From IMG/VR virus record IMGVR_UViG_3300045988_075530, positions 1 to 38,580 of that record: a stretch of 38,580 nucleotides of DNA; one strand, written 5' to 3'. Shown here piece by piece: positions 25,727 through 31,953 of the stretch. Position numbers and translations under genes: made by a program. The DNA is from a virus. The notes beneath the pieces are model-generated. The model saw only the letters and a list, made by a program, of their open reading frames with translations. It was not told the origin of the DNA and ran no database searches. Within the stretch, counting starts at the first letter, position 1, and each line of letters starts with the position of its first letter.

Positions 25727-26563
25727 ATGGGATTAACAACAGACGGAATGAGCCCGGCAGATTTGGCGGCAGTCACAGGCAACAATAACGGCGCATTTGG
25801 CGAGGGTAACGGTGCTTGGTGGATTATCATTCTTTTCCTTTTCATCTTCTGCGGATGGGGAAACGGAAATGGATGGAATAACGGCGGCGGAGGCGCGGTA
25901 GATAACTATGTATTAGCTTCAGACTTTGCAACCTTACAGCGCCAGATTGATAGCGGTATTTCCTCCCTTGAGCGCAAGGGTGATGCCATCAACAGTGGTA
26001 TTTGTGACGGATTTTATGCGATGAATACCTCTCTGCTCAACGGATTTGCAGGAACAAATAGCACAATCCAGCAGAACGGCTATGATACACGAAATGCAAT
26101 CCAGCAGGGACAGATTGCAGATATGCAGAGCTTCAACGCTTTGCAGGCACAGTTAGCACAGTGCTGCTGTGACAACAAGCAGGCTATTGCAGGCGTTAAC
26201 TACAATATGGCGATGAATACCAATGCAATCCAGCAGGAAGTTACAAACGGCTTCTGCCAGACAAATTTCAACAACGCAAACAACACAAGAGACATCATTG
26301 ACAACCAGAACAACAACGCTAGAGCCATCCTTGATGCCCTCACAGCACAGAGAATCGAAGCTAAGGACGCTAAGATTGCCGAGCAGAATCAGCAGTTATT
26401 TGCGGCACAGTTAGCGGCTTCTCAGGCGTCACAGAACGAAACCTTAAAGGCATACATGCAGGGTCAGTTTACTTATTACAACCCTAGACCAGTGCCAGCT
26501 TTTCCGGTTTCCGCGCCTTACCAGTACGGTAACTGCGGATGCAATACCGGTTGCGGATGCTAA
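25727..26563 (+). CDS. Single-pass membrane protein with Q/N-rich ectodomain, CCC motif and Cys-rich C-terminus, cargo gene
   Basis: SD aaaaggag is present. The TM segment is AWWIIILFLFIFCGW, flanked by G/N-rich runs. It has AQCCCDNKQ and ends GNCGCNTGCGC. Confidence 0.8.
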   Translation: MGLTTDGMSPADLAAVTGNNNGAFGEGNGAWWIIILFLFIFCGWGNGNGWNNGGGGAVDNYVLASDFATLQRQIDSGISSLERKGDAINSGICDGFYAMNTSLLNGFAGTNSTIQQNGYDTRNAIQQGQIADMQSFNALQAQLAQCCCDNKQAIAGVNYNMAMNTNAIQQEVTNGFCQTNFNNANNTRDIIDNQNNNARAILDALTAQRIEAKDAKIAEQNQQLFAAQLAASQASQNETLKAYMQGQFTYYNPRPVPAFPVSAPYQYGNCGCNTGCGC

Positions 26564-26627
26564 AATTTTATAATTAGCAGCTTCCTGCGTTGACGGGATT
26601 GTTCGGCTTGTGCCGATGATGCTTATA

Positions 26628-26660
26628 GCGGCGGGGCAATCGTTCCGCCGTTTATTATTA
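26628..26660 (+). terminator. Candidate intrinsic terminator/attenuator inside the cargo cassette
   Basis: Stem cggcgg / ccgccg is followed by tttattatt. Confidence 0.45.
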
Positions 26661-26676
26661 AAAAAGGAGTGATAAC

Positions 26677-27099
26677 GTGGCAGAATTTACTAATAGCAAT
26701 ATCGTAACCGTGGCAGCGGGGCAGAATTTACCGCTCACAGAGACAGCCGTAAAGTGCGGTAGCTGTATTACACACCGGGAGGGGGCAGGAATTGTGACCC
26801 TTAGAGGCCTTACAAACCAGTGCAGGGCGCGCTATAAGGTCAGCTTTGGGGCTAATATCGCCATACCCGCCGGTGGAACTGTGACACCTATTTCTATTGC
26901 CCTGGCAATCGCCGGAGAACCATTAAATAGTGCGACAGCAATCGTAACGCCTGCGGCTGTAGGCGAATATTTTAATGTATTTGCGGCGGCATTTATTGAC
27001 GTGCCACGCGGATGTTGCATAACAATCGCAGTCGAAAATACATCTACGCAGGCAATTAATATAGCCAATAGCAATTTAATCGCCGAGAGAGTAGCGTAA
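26677..27099 (+). CDS. All-beta, BclA C-terminal / C1q-TNF-like jelly-roll candidate (exosporium-protein-like), cargo gene
   Basis: GTG start after aaaaaggag. The composition is Ala/Ile/Val/Thr/Gly rich with an alternating pattern. RYKVSFGANIAI...ISIALAIAGEPL...CCITIAVENTS...INIANSNLIAERVA resembles BclA-CTD / BxpB-type spore surface proteins. Confidence 0.45.
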   Translation: MAEFTNSNIVTVAAGQNLPLTETAVKCGSCITHREGAGIVTLRGLTNQCRARYKVSFGANIAIPAGGTVTPISIALAIAGEPLNSATAIVTPAAVGEYFNVFAAAFIDVPRGCCITIAVENTSTQAINIANSNLIAERVA

Positions 27100-27112
27100 A
27101 GGAGGGCGAAAA

Positions 27113-27511
27113 ATGGAATCATTACACAAATTAAAAAAGATGATGTGCAGAGAACTGGACGAGATTTCGAACAAAGGCGATATGAGCGCCGGGGATTTGG
27201 AAGCAGTCCATAAACTGACGGATACAATTAAAAACATCGACAAAATTATGTACTTAGAGAGCGATGATGAGTACAGCCGTGGCGGCGACTGGAACGCATC
27301 GGGAAGATATAGCCGTGGGCGTTATCCCGACATGGACTACGGCGACTACAGCAACGCTCGTAGAGGTCAGCATTATGTGAGGGGTCATTACTCTTACAAC
27401 GATGCAAAAATGCAGGTAAAAGAGACTATTAAAGACATGATGCATGACGGCAATCTGTCTAGTGCAGAACAGGCGGCATTAGGCAGAGCATTAGCAGAAT
27501 TAGACCGATAA
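27113..27511 (+). CDS. Hypothetical protein with helical ends and a central Tyr/Arg/Gly/Asp low-complexity segment, cargo gene
   Basis: SD aaaggaggg is present. The central segment is YSRGGDWNASGRYSRGRYPDMDYGDYSNARRGQHYVRGHYSY. Confidence 0.7.
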   Translation: MESLHKLKKMMCRELDEISNKGDMSAGDLEAVHKLTDTIKNIDKIMYLESDDEYSRGGDWNASGRYSRGRYPDMDYGDYSNARRGQHYVRGHYSYNDAKMQVKETIKDMMHDGNLSSAEQAALGRALAELDR

Positions 27512-27528
27512 GAGAAAGGGGTGCCGCA

Positions 27529-27846
27529 ATGATTAATATGGACGAAATTAATGCCGAAATTGCGGCATTAGAGGCAGGAAAAACAACCTACGCCACTTGC
27601 GAACGGCTTTCGATTTTATACAATGTACGCAACAATTTAATGAGCAATCAACAACCAAACCAACTATCTTCCAACGCATCATACTACTCTTATAGTTCCG
27701 AGCCAGATTCTGAATTTAAAGAAATCGCCCGAAACGCAGACTTTGAGCACTTATTACGCGTGCTTGACGAACACATGAAAGCCATAGAAGCAATGTATCC
27801 GCGAGAATATCGGTCAGTTTTGCGAAAAATAAAAGAGGGCGCTTGA
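27529..27846 (+). CDS. Hypothetical protein (105 aa), cargo gene
   Basis: SD aaagggg is present. The central segment is S/Y/N/Q rich (QQPNQLSSNASYYSYSSEP). Confidence 0.65.
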   Translation: MINMDEINAEIAALEAGKTTYATCERLSILYNVRNNLMSNQQPNQLSSNASYYSYSSEPDSEFKEIARNADFEHLLRVLDEHMKAIEAMYPREYRSVLRKIKEGA

Positions 27847-27865
27847 AACGTCCTCTTTCTTCTTG
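27833..27865 (+). terminator. Weak terminator candidate after the cargo cassette
   Basis: Stem aagagg / cctctt is followed by a T-rich tract. The stop codon lies in the loop. Confidence 0.35.
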
Positions 27866-27902
27866 TATAATATAATTACTTCTCCTTTATTTCTATCATG
27901 TT

Positions 27903-27958
27903 TTGTTATACGGTAACTGACCTTAACCCGGTGGTTTCGGCTAGTTACTGTATAACAA
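27903..27958. other. Candidate attP core for the serine integrase (56-bp imperfect dyad)
   Basis: ttgttatacggtaact ... agttactgtataacaa gives 15/16 inverted arms around a 24-bp centre that is itself partly symmetric (aacc cggt ggtt). It lies 4 bp from the integrase stop and has no flanking T-run. Confidence 0.5.
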
Positions 27959-27961
27959 AAA

Positions 27962-29299
27962 CTAAAAAAATATAATATCCTCCACGTAAGTGTCGGGGGA
28001 TATTTTTATTTCTTTTACAATGCTTTTCCAAAACACCTGCTTGTCTTGTTCACCTAACTGCATATACATATCTTTCCAACCGTCAGGAAATCTGCTTTGT
28101 ATTTTTTTCTTAGTTTCTAGTTCTTCCGTTGCGGCGGTCTGGGATAGTTCTTTTAATTCCTTTGATATAGCCTCATATCTTTCGTCATAGTATTCTTCTG
28201 TTATCCTACCTTTTTCAAACATTTTATTAATTCTTCCCAACTCGCTGGATAATTTTTTCTTTCTCTTTTCCGCATCGTTTCCGCCTGCCTTCACACGACC
28301 TTCTACCCTTAATACATCTAACTGTATTTTTTCTTCGATGTGATTGAGCATATATGTTTCTAATTTTTTTTCTGATCGCGTGTAGGTCTTGTGCTTTTGT
28401 GCGACAGAGTGGGGGCAGTGATATACTTTGTACTTTTTTCCTTTTTTGCCTATTGCACACCCGGAAAGCCTGCAACCGCAAATCGGGCATTTCATCAAGC
28501 CGGAGAAAATGTAAATACGCCTCCTGCAATCTGTCCAAGTTTTTTGGCTGGATACTTCGTTGATTTTTTGCGCTTGCTCCTCTGTGATGTACGGTTCACA
28601 GTAGTTTTTTACTCCATACATTTCGCCGCGATAAGCTGGGCTAGACATAATCTTAACCAACCTCGTTCTGGTTCTTACAAAATCAGGGTATTTACTTAAA
28701 ATATAGTCGGCGGTTCCTGCTTTTGAGAATGTCTGGAAATAGTGCTCAAACATATCCTCAATTATTCCTCGCGTCTTTTCGTCTTTTACAATCTTTTTCC
28801 CTTCTATGCGATAACCTACCGGCACTTTTCCGCCAATATATTCCTTGTTGTTCCGTTTGAATTCCATAACAGACCGTATTTTCTCACTGTCCCTGTCTGC
28901 CTCCGCCTGCGCTACGGACAGCATAATATTTACTTTAAATATTCCCTGACTTGTCTCCGTCTCATAATCCTCCCAGATAGCCCTCCAAGGCACTTTACAC
29001 GCATCAAGGACACTTTGTACCTCATAATACCCTGCAACAGCTCTAAACCACCTGTCAAGGCGTGTGAAGAGTATTATATCAATCTCGTGTTTCTTGCAAT
29101 CCTCAAGTAACTGCAAAAGGGCAGGGCGTTTTGTGTATTTTTTACGTGCAGATATGCCGGCATCGTTATAAATACCAGCAACCGTATATCCTTGCTCTTC
29201 ACAATATTTTTCAAGCGCATCTATCTGCGAATCAACGGACAATCCACTGTTCTTCTGCTCTTGCGTGCTTACTCGCACGTATAAAGCGGCTCTTTTCAT
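27962..29299 (-). CDS. int: Large serine recombinase (integrase)
   Basis: The N-terminal resolvase domain is AALYVRVSTQEQ (catalytic Ser). It has a recombinase domain, a zinc ribbon (CPICGCRLSG...YHCPH) and a coiled-coil C-terminus. Confidence 0.95.
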   Translation of the reverse strand: MKRAALYVRVSTQEQKNSGLSVDSQIDALEKYCEEQGYTVAGIYNDAGISARKKYTKRPALLQLLEDCKKHEIDIILFTRLDRWFRAVAGYYEVQSVLDACKVPWRAIWEDYETETSQGIFKVNIMLSVAQAEADRDSEKIRSVMEFKRNNKEYIGGKVPVGYRIEGKKIVKDEKTRGIIEDMFEHYFQTFSKAGTADYILSKYPDFVRTRTRLVKIMSSPAYRGEMYGVKNYCEPYITEEQAQKINEVSSQKTWTDCRRRIYIFSGLMKCPICGCRLSGCAIGKKGKKYKVYHCPHSVAQKHKTYTRSEKKLETYMLNHIEEKIQLDVLRVEGRVKAGGNDAEKRKKKLSSELGRINKMFEKGRITEEYYDERYEAISKELKELSQTAATEELETKKKIQSRFPDGWKDMYMQLGEQDKQVFWKSIVKEIKISPDTYVEDIIFF

Positions 29300-29306
29300 T
29301 TATTTC

Positions 29307-29335
29307 CCTTCCTGCCTTCGTACCTCCGGGGCGGG
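29307..29335 (-). repeat. GC-rich leader element type B, copy immediately upstream of the integrase start codon
   Basis: The reverse complement is identical to 31505..31533 over 29 nt. Confidence 0.9.
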
Positions 29336-29344
29336 TGCTGCTAT

Positions 29345-30013
29345 CTACATACAACTAAGCCTGTCTATTAGCTTTTTTCTAAGCTTTTCGTATTTCTCGG
29401 TTATTTCTTCACTATCCGGAAAGTTAACCAAGCGAAAACAAGCATTTTCAAATTCGTTAACCAATGCTATGTTTTCGTATCTTTTTAATTCTATAGCTTT
29501 TTGCGGCAAATCGTCATAAAAAACTTTTAAATCGACACCTAGAGCGCCTGCGATTTTTGATAAGGTCTCTACCTTTGGCTTCTTTTTTCCGACTTCGTAC
29601 TGGTAAATCATGGCAGCTGAAACACCTAGACATTTAGCAAGTGCCGCCTGTGAAACTCCCTTTTGTAGGCGCACAGTTTTGATTTTTTCTCCTATCATTG
29701 ACAAAGTTACATCTTCTAATGCTTTTTCTATTGCATTTCGGCACTGTTCTTGGTTAAAATCTTCGACACCTTCATATTCTCGACTTGGTACGGTATCAGC
29801 GAAAGTGTAAAAGTATGGCTCGCCGCTTTTTGTGTAATTATATCCAAGATTTAAAGCGGCAGCAAGTTTGGCTACTGTATCTTTCTTCGGATTTAATTTC
29901 CCGTATTCATAGCGTTGAATGGTATATGTCGAAAGTCCGCTTTTTTTACCAAGCTCTTCTTGCGTTAACCCCTGCCTTTTTCGCGCTTGTCTTAATCTAT
30001 CTGAAAAACTCAT
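29345..30013 (-). CDS. Tandem XRE-type HTH protein (two HTH_3-like domains)
   Basis: HTH 1 is LRQARKRQGLTQEELGKKSGLSTYTIQRYEYG. HTH 2 is IKTVRLQKGVSQAALAKCLGVSAAMIYQYEVG. It lies upstream of and co-directional with int. Confidence 0.85.
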   Translation of the reverse strand: MSFSDRLRQARKRQGLTQEELGKKSGLSTYTIQRYEYGKLNPKKDTVAKLAAALNLGYNYTKSGEPYFYTFADTVPSREYEGVEDFNQEQCRNAIEKALEDVTLSMIGEKIKTVRLQKGVSQAALAKCLGVSAAMIYQYEVGKKKPKVETLSKIAGALGVDLKVFYDDLPQKAIELKRYENIALVNEFENACFRLVNFPDSEEITEKYEKLRKKLIDRLSCM

Positions 30014-30031
30014 AATTTTTTCACCTCTCTA

Positions 30032-30115
30032 TATCTCCTCTCTTGATTTAATCATATTGTACATGATAATGACTATTATGTCAAGAAAAAAATACACGAA
30101 AATATATTATTTTTT
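30032..30115. repeat. Left arm of an 84-bp inverted repeat (78/84 identical to 30415..30498); contains a leftward promoter and shared 5' UTR
   Basis: Aligned by hand. On the minus strand it reads TTGACA-17-TACAAT followed by taaatcaagagaggagata. Confidence 0.9.
30056..30084 (-). promoter_or_regulatory. Near-consensus sigma-A promoter (TTGACA-17-TACAAT) driving the tandem-HTH gene and int
   Basis: It is the reverse complement of the right-arm promoter. The spacer contains the palindrome cataatAGTCattatg. Confidence 0.7.
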
Positions 30116-30352
30116 ATATTCTACGATGTCGCACACCTGGCAGTCCAATTTCTCGCACAAATACATAATTGTATCTATATTCACGTTCCTGTCGTGCCGC
30201 AGCTTGTTGACCAGTGCCGGGGAAAGATTAAAACTTTCCTTATCTAATAGGTTAGAACGTTTTAGCCCTCTACGTTCTAGTGTGTCCCATAAATTACTAT
30301 ATGAGATGCTACCTTTATATATGTTACTTCTTTTTCTTGCTCGTGTTTCCAT
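30107..30352 (-). CDS. Small XRE/HTH_26-like regulator (81 aa) lying between the inverted promoter copies
   Basis: SYSNLWDTLERRGLKRSNLLDKESFNLSPALVNKLRHDRNVNIDTIMYLCEKLDCQVCDIVEY. SD aaaggaggc is present. Confidence 0.8.
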   Translation of the reverse strand: METRARKRSNIYKGSISYSNLWDTLERRGLKRSNLLDKESFNLSPALVNKLRHDRNVNIDTIMYLCEKLDCQVCDIVEYKK

Positions 30353-30414
30353 TTAAAAAGCCTCCTTTAATCGTTATAAATATATAGTACATTATTTTGA
30401 AATAAATATCAAGA

Positions 30415-30498
30415 AAAAAATAATATATTTTCGTGTATTTTTCTCTTGACATAATAGTCACTATCGTGTATAATGTGAGTAAATCAAGAGAGGAGATA
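30415..30498. repeat. Right arm of the 84-bp inverted repeat; contains a rightward promoter and shared 5' UTR
   Basis: Aligned by hand against the reverse complement of 30032..30115. Confidence 0.9.
30446..30474 (+). promoter_or_regulatory. Consensus sigma-A promoter (TTGACA-17-TATAAT) driving the 30506-32193 operon
   Basis: Exact consensus hexamers with a 17-nt spacer. Confidence 0.8.
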
Positions 30499-30505
30499 CA
30501 AAGAA

Positions 30506-30955
30506 ATGAAAAAATACAATTTATCAAACATTATGAAAAGAGCATGGGAGTTAGTTAAAAAGGCAGGTCTTTGCATCTCCGAAGGATTGAAATTAGCATG
30601 GAAGGAAGCAAAGAACATGGGAGAAACAATGGAGGAAAAGCTTATCCGCCTTGGCTATAAGGTGTGGGAGAAGGGCGATATGAAACGTATCTATATTAAT
30701 GACTTTCAGAAATATTTGGAAGTCGAAGAAACTAATACGCCAGCAGCAATGGGACGTGGAAGAATCATTAATGGCATCTGCACAGATGAATATAAAAGCT
30801 TTGCACAGCGTCAAGCATTAAACCTTGTTGACTGGGGATTTGGAGCTAAATTGTATTACGACTGTAAAAAAGAAGACTGGTTTTGTAAGAATCCAGGAGG
30901 AAGTTTAATTAAAAAAATCCTCTGGACAGTTGCCGATAAATTAGAAGTGTTATAA
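30506..30955 (+). CDS. Hypothetical protein (149 aa)
   Basis: First gene after the consensus promoter. SD agaggag is present. Confidence 0.7.
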   Translation: MKKYNLSNIMKRAWELVKKAGLCISEGLKLAWKEAKNMGETMEEKLIRLGYKVWEKGDMKRIYINDFQKYLEVEETNTPAAMGRGRIINGICTDEYKSFAQRQALNLVDWGFGAKLYYDCKKEDWFCKNPGGSLIKKILWTVADKLEVL

Positions 30956-30961
30956 TAAATA

Positions 30962-30995
30962 CCCGCCCGGCGGCGGAACCGCCGGAGAAAGAAGG
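30962..30995 (+). repeat. GC-rich intergenic leader element type A (hairpin ccggcgg/ccgccgg followed by agaaagaagg)
   Basis: acccgcccggcggcggaaccgccggagaaagaagg. A related copy lies at 31172. Confidence 0.8.
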
Positions 30996-31000
30996 AAAAT

Positions 31001-31162
31001 ATGACAGCAGAAGAAAGAAACAAGTACATAGAGTTTATGTACGATTATAAAAATGAATATAATTGTGAAAATTGCCCGGAAAATAGAGGGGATTTTCCGC
31101 ATGACAGATTACCTTGCGGACAACAAAATTGCTGGGTAACCTGCCACTGTAAGGAGATGTAA
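31001..31162 (+). CDS. Small Cys-rich protein (53 aa)
   Basis: Translation is MTAEERNKYIEFMYDYKNEYNCENCPENRGDFPHDRLPCGQQNCWVTCHCKEM. It is preceded by a type A element and is below the track cutoff. Confidence 0.55.
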   Translation: MTAEERNKYIEFMYDYKNEYNCENCPENRGDFPHDRLPCGQQNCWVTCHCKEM

Positions 31163-31171
31163 ATATTATTA

Positions 31172-31205
31172 CCGCCCGGCGGCGAATTCCGCCGGAGAAA
31201 GAAAG
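31172..31205 (+). repeat. GC-rich intergenic leader element type A, second copy
   Basis: ccgcccggcggcgaattccgccggagaaagaaag. Confidence 0.8.
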
Positions 31206-31221
31206 ACGAGGAGAAATTATC

Positions 31222-31497
31222 ATGTTAGGAATTTTAAGAAAAGAATTAGTAGGAAATATAGTATCATTTTATGAATTAGACGAAATTATGACAGAGTTCG
31301 GGTGCCCTTCCGAACTGGACTGGATAAACGATGAGGGCGCGTGGGATGATGTTTTAAAGGATAAAAATATCTTTTATAAAGTTCCTGATTCTGACGACCA
31401 TTTTGCAATTTCTTTTGAAATTGAAAGCGAGTACAATTCGGAGGAAGAAAGTGCAGATTGCACACTTGTTAATATCGTTAATATAGAGGTTCAGTAA
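31222..31497 (+). CDS. Small highly acidic protein (91 aa)
   Basis: By my count, 23 D/E against 5 K/R. Confidence 0.7.
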   Translation: MLGILRKELVGNIVSFYELDEIMTEFGCPSELDWINDEGAWDDVLKDKNIFYKVPDSDDHFAISFEIESEYNSEEESADCTLVNIVNIEVQ

Positions 31498-31504
31498 TTA
31501 AATT

Positions 31505-31533
31505 CCCGCCCCGGAGGTACGAAGGCAGGAAGG
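31505..31533 (+). repeat. GC-rich leader element type B (29 nt), identical to the integrase leader 29307..29335 on the opposite strand
   Basis: cccgccccggaggtacgaaggcaggaagg. Confidence 0.9.
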
Positions 31534-31541
31534 AAGAAAGC

Positions 31542-31934
31542 ATGAAAAAGTATAACATATATAAAGCTACACGAGAGATTAAGGATAGAGACATTTCAGA
31601 AATAGTGCAGGGGTGTACATTTTTTTGCGATGGTGTTTCTGAAGAATTAATAAAATCTTGTGATACACTAGAAGAAGCAAAAGAAGTCTTGGCGAAATAT
31701 AAGACAGATATTACAGCTTACGGCGGGTGTTATCTGGTTACAGAATACTATGTTCTGCCAGAAATCTATGACGAAGATGGCGAAATTGTAGAATCTGGAG
31801 ATATCGAAGAGATTACTAAAATGAAAATCGGTGTCGAAGATGAAGATTGGAATGTTGTAAAAACATTTGACAATCTAAAAGAGGCGGACAATTTTATACA
31901 TAGTGACGAAAGAGAATTGACGCTGATTTATTAG
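31542..31934 (+). CDS. Acidic protein (130 aa)
   Basis: By my count, 32 D/E against 15 K/R. It is preceded by the type B element. Confidence 0.7.
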   Translation: MKKYNIYKATREIKDRDISEIVQGCTFFCDGVSEELIKSCDTLEEAKEVLAKYKTDITAYGGCYLVTEYYVLPEIYDEDGEIVESGDIEEITKMKIGVEDEDWNVVKTFDNLKEADNFIHSDERELTLIY

Positions 31935-31953
31935 GATGAAAGGGGGAAATGGT

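Noticed and set aside
26832-27227. 131-aa minus-strand ORF overlapping the BclA-like and following genes.
   Set aside because: It is antisense to two + strand genes that have strong SD sites. It has no SD or promoter of its own.
27903-27958. Interpreting the 56-bp dyad as a bidirectional terminator between the convergent cargo and int genes.
   Set aside because: The loop would be 24 nt, and no U-run follows the hairpin on either strand. An attP role fits better, although a terminator contribution cannot be excluded.
28227-29110. Several ORFs of 66-122 aa on either strand within the integrase gene.
   Set aside because: All are nested in the serine recombinase CDS, which has unmistakable catalytic and zinc-ribbon motifs.
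30032-30498. Invertible promoter switch (inverton) controlled by the neighbouring serine recombinase.
   Set aside because: The promoters lie inside the repeats and face outward, so inverting the 299-bp core would not change which genes they drive. Co-regulation by shared operators is the simpler reading. Inversion remains testable with long reads.
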